A stretch of DNA of 63,502 nt, the filler included, from Neoconidiobolus thromboides FSU 785 (lineage: Eukaryota; Fungi; Entomophthoromycota): the NCBI GenBank assembly GCA_025603075.1. It is 5 parts of 5 records of this genome, joined end to end, with 100 filler letters (N's around TTAATTAATTAA, not from the genome) between each part and the next. Parts side by side here need not be neighbours in the genome. Positions count along the whole stretch, not along the records: positions 13,657 to 44,620 come from MU626482.1; positions 44,721 to 51,897 come from MU626710.1; 3 more parts are not named here. One strand, 5' to 3'. The notes beneath the pieces were generated by a model. It was not told the DNA's origin, did not search any database, and worked only from the letters and a program-made list of their open reading frames with translations. The position numbers were made by a program, and so were the translations under genes. Position 1 is the stretch's first letter, and every line of letters starts with the position of its first letter. Shown here piece after piece: positions 38,062 through 49,757 of this stretch.

Positions 38062-38380
38062 ATTCGTTAAGCTTTTACATTATTTTAGTTTTCTGGCACA
38101 AGATTTGATGTATACCTGTCTCGCTTATCCTTCTGTAAGCAAAGCGCCTCATAATAATTTGTGAGTATGATGAACACACACAATTACAAAGTATTTCAAG
38201 ATGAAATTAGAGCTCTAAATTAGTAGTGAAAGTTATTTTTGTATTTCAATATATTAATTATTTTATAATAAGCTTAAATTTAAAAGTTCGAATTGTAAAA
38301 TTATTAGCTGAATTACTCAACAAATATAGTTTAAATTTATTAGTCCAAAAATCAAATTTATCCTTTATTTATAGTTTTAA

Positions 38381-39416
38381 ATGTCATCTCTAACTCGAAA
38401 GAAATATGCTTCTATAAGTAGTGAAGGAAGAAAAAGAATTGTCAACTCGTATATCAATGATTACAGTGCAGGACGAATTGTTAAATTAATGGATCGCGAA
38501 GGAGTTACTCTTTATGATGTAGTAAAAAAGTATACTGATAGAAAAGATTATTTAAAAAACCACAGACAATAAACGATAAAATTAAAAAGATATCGAATTC
38601 TAATGAAAAGGCTATCTAATTTTGGTTTGATGAAGGCTGTAGCATATTGTTAAAAGCAATAAAGCAGAGATTCATGGATGAAATGGGGATGGACGCAAAC
38701 ATATCAACTATACCAAACTATATAGAAGAGTTTGACTATTCTTTCAAGCGTATTAATCTAGTTACTCAAATAAATAATTTAGTTACTTTGGAAACCTGAG
38801 TATATTATGCTAATTTCTATATCAATCAAGTACAAAGGTTTGATGAATCTGAGATATCCTTTATAAACAAAGTGACGTTTTTGATTACAATGTATAAAAG
38901 ACTTAAAAAAGGGAATTGAAACAAAAAACGTTCTCCTATTGGTCCTGGGTTCAGTATAAAAAACGTATCACTATGGTATGGGATAGCTAAAAATGAAATA
39001 GCCAAATATAAGGCTCAAGTAAATCCACCCAATGTTGAATCCTTTTATCACTTTATTAAATCAATTATTACTTAACTTACTCAAACAAATGTATCAAGAA
39101 TTACAACAACTATGAATAATGATTATATCGATAGAGATCCAGATACCAGATGACTCATTCAAGCAAATGGGCAGAGGTTAATCTGCTTACCACCTAGCTC
39201 TGTATTTCTAAGTCCTATTGAGTTTATGTGTTTTAGATGGATATAACTTATAAGAGAAAAAGATTCAAAGAATGACAGGGAGTTGTTTGATATGTTTTAT
39301 ATGTTTTGTGTAGTTGATAGCCTTATATCAGAAATAGCTAGTAATAGTTGTCGTTTTTTTACAATACCATGTTACGCTTTTTATCTGGATGCATAAGAAA
39401 AGGGGTGGTATTTAAT
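38381..39416 (+). pseudogene. Transposase-derived pseudogene, copy R3
   Basis: MSSLTRKKYAS...RIVNSYIN, SFINKVTF, RLICLPPSSVFLSPIE, with multiple stops and frameshifts. End approximate. Confidence 0.87.
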
Positions 39417-39746
39417 AGATTTTATGAGGATTTTACATTGCTATTTTTTCAATTTTATTTCATCTTATAAGCTTTTATCTATTCCTAAGTCGCCCACTCT
39501 TCGATAAGTTAAATACTTTATAGTAATTTGAAGATAAGATAAACAACTTTATAGCTACAAAATATTATAATAAAAAACTAAATACTAAATTTACAATGAA
39601 AGTAACTCTTTTATTATAACTTACTAATGATTTTTTACCAAGTTTAAACTTAATAAAAATTATTCAAATCTTTGATGTTAGACAACAAAAATTACCTAAA
39701 TTGATTAAAGCACAAAAAGTAGCTTATTCTTTTTTCTTAATTTTAA

Positions 39747-40796
39747 ATGTCGTCTCCAACTAGAAAGAAATACAACTGTACAGATAATGCTGATAGAGAA
39801 AGAATTGTAAAATCGTACATCAATGGGAACAATCCACCTGACATTGCTAGAGTAATGGGCTACAATAAAAGGACTGTTATGGATATTATAAAAAAGTATA
39901 CTGAAGGGAAAGATTTCTATAAACAACCACGAACAGGAAGGCCCAAAAATAAAGTTATATCAGAATCTCATTTAAAAATTATCCAATCTTGGGTTGATGA
40001 AGATTGTAAAATTGCATTAAAAACAATAAAAGAGAAACTTATGAATGAAATGGGAATAAGTGCTGGCAAATCAACTATCTCGAAGCATATGAAAGAATTT
40101 AATTTCTCTTTCAAGCGTATTAATCCAATCACTCAAAGTAATGATATAGTTCTCCAAGACAATAACTTGGTAATTTTGGAAACGCGAGCCTATTATGCCA
40201 ATTTCTTTATGAATCAAATGCAAAGGTTTGATGATTCTAAATTTTTCTTTATAAATGTAGCAACCTTTTCTGTTATGATGCGTTCAAAGTTTAAACAAGA
40301 AGAAATTAAAAACAAAAAGTTTACTTCCCTTGGTCCTGGATTCAGTCTAAAAGATATATCAATGTATTGTGCTATAAGTAGAAATGGTATAGTTAAATAT
40401 CAGAATCAAGTAAGTTTTTTTGATACTGAATCATTTTATCGTTTCATTGAATTGATCATCGCTCAACTCGCTCATAAGAATATAACGGATGCTATGATAT
40501 TCGTGGATAATGATTATGTTGATAAAGATGCAAATATTAGAGGACTTATTGGATCAAATGGACATAGATTAATTTGTTTGCCACCGAATTCCCCGTTTTT
40601 AAATCCTGTTGAGTCTATATATACTAAGTGGATGCAATTGATAAGAGCAGAGGATCCACAGAATGAGAAGAAGTTATTTGAAGTTATGGATAGTGCTTTG
40701 GTGGAAATAACCAGTAATGATTGTAATTCTTTTTACAATACTATGCTACATTTTTTACCCAGGTGTACAAGAAAAGAAATAATATCTAGTCAATAA
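39747..40796 (+). CDS. IS630-Tc1-mariner transposase-derived protein, copy R4 (349 aa, intact, D1->N)
   Basis: FFFINVATF, MIFVDND, LPPNSPFLNPVE. Confidence 0.9.
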   Translation: MSSPTRKKYNCTDNADRERIVKSYINGNNPPDIARVMGYNKRTVMDIIKKYTEGKDFYKQPRTGRPKNKVISESHLKIIQSWVDEDCKIALKTIKEKLMNEMGISAGKSTISKHMKEFNFSFKRINPITQSNDIVLQDNNLVILETRAYYANFFMNQMQRFDDSKFFFINVATFSVMMRSKFKQEEIKNKKFTSLGPGFSLKDISMYCAISRNGIVKYQNQVSFFDTESFYRFIELIIAQLAHKNITDAMIFVDNDYVDKDANIRGLIGSNGHRLICLPPNSPFLNPVESIYTKWMQLIRAEDPQNEKKLFEVMDSALVEITSNDCNSFYNTMLHFLPRCTRKEIISSQ

Positions 40797-41111
40797 CAAA
40801 TACAGTTTCATTTATAGTATTGATGTTTATTTAGTTTACAAGTCTTGGTATATATTTGAGTCATATTAATCCTTTATTGAATGAAAGTTCTTTTGTGATT
40901 TATTTAAAAAACAGTAACTGAAACTATAGAATAATGTAACATAAATTTTATACACTGAATCAATGATGGAAACTACTCTTTTCTTTTCACTATTTTCTAT
41001 TTAAACAAAATTTAAATCTAAATCAAGGCTTAAATAAAAAACTAAAATTCTTAATTATCAAAAAATAATTTGTTCTTTCAATTTTAAAAAAGGTTGTTTT
41101 TATAAGTTCAA

Positions 41112-42151
41112 ATGTCATCTCCAACTAAAAAAAACTGGCTCTTATTAGGAATAATGATAGATGAGGGATTATCAAATCCTGCATTAGAAGAGACATTGTA
41201 AAAGAGATTGCTAAAATGATGGGATATAGTGAGAAAGCTGTTCGTAGAGTTATTCAAAGATATAACGAAGGAAAAGCTTATCTTAAAAGACCAGTGCCAG
41301 GAAGGCCTAAAAATAAATTTATATCGGTTTTCCAAAAAAACAATTCAACCTTGGCCTGATGAAGACTGTACTATTTCATTAAATAGAATAAGGAAAAAAC
41401 GCATGAATGAAATGAGAATAAACCCAAGCAAGATAACTGTAAAAATGTATGTAAAAAAGTCTCACTAGTCTTCCAGGCATATTGATCCAGCCACTCAAAA
41501 TAATGAGTTAACTCCTCAAAAAATGATTTGGGTACTTTAGGAACGCAAGCTTATCATATCATTTACTTTATGAATTAAATGTGAAGATTTGATGAATCTA
41601 AGCTTTTTTTGTGAATGAAGCAACGTTTTTCCTTGGAGCATGTACAAAGTATAGACAAAAAGAAATCACTCGCAAAGAATTCCCGTCTCTTCGCACTAGA
41701 TTCGGAATGAACAACATACCACTGTGCTGCGCAATGAATAAACATGGTATAGTTAAATTTAAAACACAAATAGATTCTTTTGACATTGAATCATTTTACC
41801 AATTCATTGAAATGATAATGATTGAACAAGCTCAAAAAATATATTAGATACAACGTTTGTAATGAATAACGAATATGTTGATAGATATCCAAATGTAAGA
41901 GGACTCATAAGATCAAATAGATACATACTGATTTTTTTTACCACTCAATTTTTCGTTTCTAAACCCTATTAGTTCTATATATACTAAATGGATACAGTTA
42001 ATTTGTGCAAAAGATCCACAAAATGAAAAAACTTTTTGAAGTTATGGATGGTGCTTTTTTTAGGGACTTCAGAATCTTATTATAGCAATCTCCATGGAAA
42101 CATATTTGGCTTTCTACTAAGGTCTATAAAAAAGGAGCGATATTTGGTTAG
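41112..42151 (+). pseudogene. Transposase-derived pseudogene, copy R5
   Basis: MSSPTKKN start, DEDCTISL, FVNEATF, CCAMNKHGIVKFKTQ, AKDPQNEK, with frameshifts. End approximate. Confidence 0.86.
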
Positions 42152-42439
42152 TAGATCATCAATTTGAGCTATTTTGATTTTCTATTTTAAATATCTAACA
42201 TTTTTTGTGTGGAATTAATTTTATTTTAATTTGTATTTATCCTTTGAGTAAGCTTTCTAGTAATTTTTGTTACAGAGTAATATAATCAAGGAGCACCATA
42301 CCACGAAACCAAAATAATAAATAGTGTAGCGCTATAACAATTCATGTTTTTAAGCTATTACTCAATTCAATAACTTAATATTTACACAGGGATACCGAAA
42401 TATCGTTAGAAGCTTCTTTTTAATTGTTTAGCATAATAT

Positions 42440-42537
42440 GAGAGTGTTTTCTTGACTTCATTACTTTTTCCATTTTTTAAGCACTATTTAAGCGGAAAAT
42501 TTGTTAGTAAAATTCTTAAACACAGAAATACATCGCC
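42440..42537 (+). mobile_element. MITE copy 7
   Basis: ATAT|GAGAGTGTTTT...AAATACATCGCC|ATAT. Confidence 0.87.
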
Positions 42538-44267
42538 ATATAGTTAGTTATATGAAAGACTTACTACAGTTTCTGAAAGTAGAAATAACTCCCTGACAAT
42601 TCAAGTCAGAAAATATATTGCTATAAGTAAAAGGTATGCTATTCTAAAATATTTATACCGAGTTCTTCTTAGGTCAAGCCAGGGTATGGTGTGATAATCA
42701 TCAGAAGTCGACGGAGTTTGTGGTCCATGGTTTTCAGTAAGTTAGGGCATATTCAATATTACTGTGGGATCAAACACTACTTCCCTTGCAGAAAATACTA
42801 GGAGGGACTCGAATAATCCAGCTTGAACCATTAATTATTATAACTAATAATACATATTAAATACTGGAGCTATAAAATAACTAGCTAAGGTTACAAAATA
42901 TAATTCTTGGCAGTTTAATAAATAATACAAATAAGGATTTTTAAAAAAAGGATGTTTAATGTAACAATGTTTCCTATTTCTTATAAAGTTAACAAAGCTT
43001 TAATAAAACCTTTATCTCTGATATATTTTCGCTTCACAACAACTTACCATCAATGAATTAGTTTTACCTACGCCTATTTCCCTCACAGCGAGATGTTATT
43101 CAAAATGGCTCTTCCAAGTTAAAATGCTGTGAATCTATAAGCTTCTTAAGTACTGTTCCTTTTATTGACTATATATAATATCATGCAAAATTGACTAATT
43201 TTTGTTAATGATTTTAATAAAATAAAAAAGCAACTTCTTGTATACACTATCGCTTCCGAATTTCTAGTGTCATGTATTTGATTGATGTTTCTAGCAAGCC
43301 CACCTTAGCCCTAAACACTGTTTCATCATAACATTTTCTGAAGCATATTTTATTTCACGACTTGCACACAATATGTATTTCTCGCATTTATAACTAGTAG
43401 AATTTGATCCAATTTTAAATCTTTTAAGATAAAAATAAAAACTTATTCATCGGCATATTTTTTGTGCACATAAAATATCTAATAGCACCCATCTTTAGAG
43501 TAACTTCGTTCCAAATATCTAGATTATATATCTACTTAAATCCAACTTGTGAACTTCTAAATATCAAATCAAAAAAATGATCCTCTTTCTACTACCTTGA
43601 GTTCAACTTTTACACTTTCCTGTTATCTACGTCTATGCGTTCTCTTCTTGACATAGGACATTGTAACGCCCCTATTTTACCATTTAGCATCTAAGGAACT
43701 TTAACACTAATTAAAAATCTGTTTAATGTGCTACATATAACTTAACAAGTAATATGAGGATATCTGATCATTATCATTATCCCTTGAATAAATATACTAA
43801 TATAAATCATCTCTATATCTGTTGACAATAATGTTTTGAATTTAATTTAAGTAAATAAATTGAAATTTTAATTTGTGTCCATATTGATATTTTAAGTAAG
43901 TTGTTGCATTGTCTATTGCTACTTCAAAGACATTCAGCCAAGGACTACTGAAGCATTGCTTTCCATATTAATTAAGAAATACAACTTATATAACAAAAAT
44001 CAATGATTGTTTTGATTTCTACCTAGTTATAACAAAACTATTAAGTTATTGAACATCAAAAATAGTTACTATATGTCATCAAACAAAAAATTTCAATTTG
44101 TTAATAATTGAGACGGATTTATATAATTTTATTCAAAATAGTTTTTGTAATTCAATAATTTTAAGCTGAAACTAGTGTAAATAAATTAAGTTTTTATTCA
44201 CTGTTTTCCAATTCACGAAGTTCAAATGTCCAAACCAAAGCAAACTACAAGAAACTCAATATGTCAA

Positions 44268-44620
44268 AAGTCTCTTTGGTAGTATTACTTTGATTGACTT
44301 ATCAAAATTAAGGAAACCAGGCTATTCAAAATGCCATAAAACAACTTTAATTAAAATAAATGCTTTTCTTTTATGCTCTATCATTTTTATATCACTACCA
44401 TCTTCAGTTTTAATTGTAGTTTCTGACTAACTTTTTTTCATTCTATATACTCATCATCATAATGTATAACTAACATATGTTTTGCTTCATGAAAGATAGT
44501 AAAATATGTTTTACATTTCTAACTAGTAGTACCCAATTCAGCCAATATCCGCTCAAACTTGTGCAATAAAACCTACTTCTCAGGGAATTTCTTTAGAACA
44601 CAAAGTATCTAAGAGTACTT
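44268..44620. repeat. Right terminal inverted repeat of contig B (353 bp)
   Basis: Reverse complement of 13657-14009; both contig ends stop at the same repeat position. Confidence 0.97.
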
Positions 44621-44720
44621 NNNNNNNNNNNNNNNNNNNNNNNNNNNNNNNNNNNNNNNNNNNNTTAATTAATTAANNNNNNNNNNNNNNNNNNNNNNNN
44701 NNNNNNNNNNNNNNNNNNNN
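44621..44720. other. Artificial contig spacer
   Basis: 44 N + TTAATTAATTAA + 44 N. Confidence 0.97.
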
Positions 44721-45676
44721 TTTAATAAATTTTTAGCTGTAGAAATACGTGATACTTGATGTAAATCAGAACTAATTGTATTAGGTAAATAATTTGATTG
44801 AATTAAAGGTAATGCCACTTTAAAATTAAAACCACCACCGCCATGTCCAACATCAAATAAGACACCTTTATTAAACAATTTAATTAATACATCTTTAGGT
44901 GTTTTGTAATCTTCTAATATTAATTTATTCCCATGTCCATTATAAAAATGAGTAATGATATCCCCTTGAATTAAATAAGGTTCGATATCTTCAATTGTTG
45001 GTGGTGAATGTCCAATATGAATCATTAAAGGAATGTTAAATTTAGTTGCTATTTTACGAGCCATAAATAATCCTGTTAAATCCCCATCTTTAGTAGTAAA
45101 TTTGTCTAATCTTACTTTGATTCCTTTAATAAACTCTAAATTCTCTTCAATGATATCTAAAGTAGAATTAAAATCCAAAGATAATTCAGTATTCATTAAT
45201 TCCCCAGTACGTAATACGAGCCCTTGTCCTACAATATTTATAAACGAATAAATAGACAATGGACTATTTGAAATTACAGTTTCTTTGAAATTAGTAAATG
45301 TAAAACAACCTGCGGATCCAGTATCTAATATAGTTGTTACTCCAGATTCAATAGCACTTCTCTCTGGTTTAATACCCCAATAAGTACCACCATAATAAGC
45401 ATGAACATGCATATCAATTAAACCTGGAGTAACTAATTTATTTTTTAAATCAATAACTTTATAATCAATATTATAGTCACTATTATTGAGATAGATGTTA
45501 CTACCAATTGCTTCTATCTTGCCATTTTTTATCAATATATCGGATGAATAAATTGAGTTTTTTTCAACATCAACAAGTTGTCCATTTTTTAAATAATAAT
45601 TATTAGCCTTTTCATGACATTTTTTAACGCTTTGGATCCCTGTTAAATAGAATAAAATTATTAATAAAGACTTCAT
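44721..45676 (-). CDS. Metal-dependent amidohydrolase (dihydroorotase/deacetylase-like, bacterial type) with signal peptide; 3' end cut by contig end
   Basis: VTPGLIDMHVH (HxH metal site), GVTTILDTGSAG, GIKVRL, PLMIHIG, GDIITHFY, GVLFDVGHG, PNTISSDLH. Intronless. Confidence 0.88.
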
Positions 45677-46060
45677 TTTTTAATATTTTTATCAATGTAA
45701 TTTCAAATAAATTACTTTATATACTCTTTTTATTTATATCTTATCATACAATAACTATTTATTAAATCATTTAACATTTATTTTTTTGTCTATTTTAATC
45801 TTTTTTGAGACTTAATTCATATCCCTTCAACATGATCAGTTTATCAATAAAAGTTATGCAAACATAGAACATTTTTAATGGCAGTTGATTTTATTTTTAT
45901 TAAATGCTTTATCATTATACCTAGATAGAATTGACCTGATAGATCATTCAATTTTATTATTGTTGTTTTTAGATTAAGTTGAAGTTATTTTTAGTATTTT
46001 GATGAGATGATGGCTTTGAACAAGTGTCTTACTATAATTAGATACATTCCTTAAAGATAT

Positions 46061-46158
46061 GGGAATGTATTTTTTGTTTGAGGATTTTACTAACAATTTT
46101 TCCACCCAAATAGCGCTCAAAAAGTGGAAAAAATAATGAAGTTAAAAAAAACACTCCC
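46061..46158 (-). mobile_element. MITE copy 8
   Basis: ATAT|GGGAATGTATTTT...AAAACACTCCC|ATAT. Confidence 0.9.
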
Positions 46159-47130
46159 ATATGTGAGTTGAAATTAGTTCAAATAATGGTGAGAAAATTA
46201 AGAAAGTGAGTGAAATTCCAATGTAAGTTGAATTAGAATTATAAAAGTTTGATAGATATTAAGGTATATATGCTATAATGTCATATATTGGAACTATAAG
46301 TCTAATAGTTTCATTAATTTTATAATAACTTGATGTTACATTTACTTTTACTTTGAATTATTAATTTTTATATAATTTCAGTTATATTGTTAATTCAGTA
46401 TTTTTAAATAATTATAAAATAAAGAATATCAATGACTTATTAATATTTAAAAATAATGTGATTTTTCGCCTAGTGTTTAATAGTCAATATTTTCAATTAT
46501 TATGTGAAAGAAATTATAATATTGAAGTTATTTATAAAATAATTAAATGTTTGGAATTTAATTATAAATAACAAATTTTATAAAAAGCCTGAGGTACTAT
46601 ATTTTTAACTGATTTTTTGTAACAAAGTAATATCATGTCTCGTACTTGATATTTTAATAATATATCAAAAAGTAATTAAAAAAGATAACTTTTCACAATC
46701 ATTTAGAGTCTAAAATTTGACTGAATAGAAATTAGTTGAATTAATAAAAACATGCCCACATTATATGATTTAATATAATACATCATAACTAACAAATTTA
46801 CAATATTAATATAAGGTTCAAGAAGGATATAATTAATATCTGATCTGTTTCATTAACTGTCACATTTTTAATTAAAATTGTTAGAAAAATAGGACAACTA
46901 ATATGAAAACGACTGAGCAACAAAACATTTTATAATTCGCTTATATAATAATTTATAGCTTTTAATGACTGTACTTTGAAAGCTGTAATTGACATTAAGT
47001 ATTTAACATTAATAATACTACAAATGGTTTTGATTGGGTTATTTAAATATATTAAAACACGACTTGTACGTGATTTTATTTAAAAAAAAGTAGAATTTCA
47101 ATTTTAAAATCGAAAACTTAAGCTAATTAG

Positions 47131-47433
47131 CCAATGATTTAATACTCCAAAACTTTTTTAGTTAATTATGTCATTATCATATAACCATTACCAATCCTTG
47201 ATAGAATTGATTTGATATAAATAGGCCAACAAACGATCCATCATCAAATAATTTGGCGACCATCCATATAATTCAATGTTATTGGCTGATTTCAATTCTT
47301 TGATTGAAACACTTAAACAGCTGAATTGGGGGTTTAATAAACAATGATTCGCCATAAAATAATAGGTTTTTATTTAATTTTCATTTTCAATCAACCAACG
47401 ATATTCCATCCAAGTTGTAATAATCTAACCAAT
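47131..47433 (+). promoter_or_regulatory. Cluster of CCAAT boxes upstream of HAP2/NF-YA
   Basis: CCAAT at 47131, 47191 and 47429; ATTGG at 47281. Confidence 0.45.
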
Positions 47434-47456
47434 CCAAAGGCACTATCTAACTCAAC

Positions 47457-48629
47457 ATGGAGAACCCAAATAACCAATTGAATCAATTCCAATCTCAAGC
47501 CCAAGCCCATGCTCACGCTCAAGCTCAAGCTCAAGCTCAGGCCCAAGCTAACCAACAATTAGCTCAAAAACAGGCTCATCCACAAACCCAAAAACAAGCT
47601 CAAAATATTGCTATCCAGCCATTGCCTCACTCCCAGTCTCATAGCTTAAGTCAAGCATCTAATCTACCTCATTCTCAACAGATTACAACTGCTACCCAAC
47701 TTAACTTTGTACAATCCCAGGCAGAGCTTCAAGCTCAAGCAAATGCTATGAGACAGATTCAGTCCCAGCTTCAAGCCCATATTGATGCTGCTTCACATAA
47801 TCGTAACCAAAATCAAGCAATAAATAACAATGATAGCTCCGTACATAATGAAAATTATGTAGCTAACGCCAAAGGCTCCCTTCAGGTAATTGAAATATAA
47901 GTAACTTATTTATGCGGTTTTTAAAACTATCTTATAGACCCTTCAAGCACTTCAAGCTTCTGGGTTTAGTCACCAACCTTTTAATGTAAGCTAAAAAAAA
48001 TAGCTGATATATTAAATTTTTTTATTGAAATTATTGATAGCCTATAATGATGCCACCAAACACCATTGTTGTTAATGCACCTGCGCCACAGAATGATTCA
48101 GAAGAACCATTATATGTTAACGCTAAGCAATATCATCGTATTCTTAAAAGACGTCAAGCTAGAGCACGTTTAGAAGCAGAAAATAAAATATCAAAAACAA
48201 GAAAGGTAAAAAAATATGACTTTCTAATAATAATTTATGTTTAAATATTTTCAATTTTATTAGAAATATCAGCATGAATCACGTCACAAACATGCCTTAC
48301 GTAGGCCACGTGGACCAGGTGGTCGCTTTTTAACTTCAGCTGAAATGAAGTATTATGAAGAAACGGGGAAATTGCCCGAATTTGTTAAAAAAGATGGTAA
48401 TTTTTCAAATTTTTGAATCTTTTTCAAGCTTAAGCTAATTAAAATTTTAGGTAACAGCACAGGTACAACTCAAACTGCAACTCAGGGGCAAGCACAATCA
48501 CAAGGGGGACAAAAAGAAGAGAATGGGAATGGAGCTGGATTGGTTAATGGTCAAGACATGTCCCAGTTTACGAGCCAAGAGTTTCAAAATTTTGCACAAA
48601 GTCAAATGCAACAGTTTAATCAAAGCTAG
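47457..48629 (+). CDS. HAP2: CCAAT-binding factor subunit Hap2/NF-YA, multi-exon, Gln/Ala-rich N-terminus
   Basis: EEPLYVNAKQYHRILKRRQARARLE spliced to YQHESRHKHALRRPRGPGGRFLT. Confidence 0.95.
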
Positions 48630-49662
48630 AGCCTTTTAAAAAATTAAGATGGAGAAGAATAACTTTAATTTTAGTTATTACTTTGCTTTTATGTTTTGAG
48701 TCCTTTTTAATTCTATTAAACGTATCTTATATATTAACTTGAAGATTATTTTAAACTTTGGTTTTGTATTATATGATTCTGATGATAGTAGAATAAGGGA
48801 TTAACCATATTTGAAATGTCAATCATAATTAAATTTCTTTAATATAATATTATTGATGATCATACGTATAGGCAAGATAAGAGTATGAGGTTTAAACATT
48901 TCATGGTTTCGATTCCTTTTAAAAACTGTAAATTAAGTATAAGAGAAATAAAAGAAATGACTTTCTGTTTAAGATAAACCCATAAAAATATCTTTACCTC
49001 AGTTCTCAACCAATAATTTAATTTAATTTTATGCCATATAGAAAATGGACAATCAACAAAATATTTGTTTTCCGCTAAATTCATAGTATAGTTAGTTATA
49101 TAGCTGCATTATCAACTTTTATACTATAAAAGGAATCCAATTTCTGACTAGTTTATCCACCTTTTTTTTTACAGATAATTAAGTTACAAAAAAGGATGAT
49201 TTTTATAACAAAAACTATTAACTTAAGTTAACTTCTTGCGTTACTATGTTATTATTTTCGCTTGTCAGAATGGGCGATTTATTGCCCAAAGGAAAGGGAT
49301 TCCATAATTAAAAGCTATGATAAAAGGTATTTCAATTTTTACCAGTTACCTCTTACTATTCAAAACTCTCGACTAAATTCACTCCTGTCCGAACAAATAC
49401 TAGCACTACCCTGTTAAATATCCGGATAAGCCTATTCAAGATCGAACTTAAAGCAGCCAAGTTAATCTTGTTCAAATCTAAAGCAGATACTCGCGAGCTT
49501 GAATATCCTCTGCCAATCGCTTGGTTGATTTCAACCTCTCATTTTTCCATCTTTCTTACCTTATCACATCCTTTATTTATACTCTCCCAACTTCCATTCA
49601 ATCCTTTCTTATTTTCAATAATAAAACATGGAAGCTTTTGCCCTTTCAAGATCCTTAAATAT

Positions 49663-49757
49663 GGGTACATATTTTTTTGTTTAAGGATTTTACTAATAAT
49701 TTTTCCACAAATAGCACTTAAAAAATGGAAAAAGTAATAAAATTAAAAACTGCCCTT
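49663..49757 (-). mobile_element. MITE copy 9
   Basis: ATAT|GGGTACATATTTTT...AAAAACTGCCCTT|ATAT. Confidence 0.85.

Noticed and set aside
14879-42151. Annotating the array as ordinary active Tc1/IS630 transposons
   Set aside because: The first catalytic Asp is replaced in every copy, no per-copy TIR/TSD was seen, and the flanks are co-duplicated.
13657-44620. Contig B as one giant cargo-carrying transposon (Starship, Maverick or giant Tc1) with 353-bp TIRs
   Set aside because: There is no tyrosine recombinase, integrase, polB or catalytically intact transposase. The core is intron-rich essential housekeeping genes. The IR is part of the duplicated gene flank, and no true ends or TSD are visible.
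49100-49620. GC-richer patch weakly similar to the 3' part of the LINE remnant at 56.5 kb
   Set aside because: The similarity is too weak to call without an alignment.
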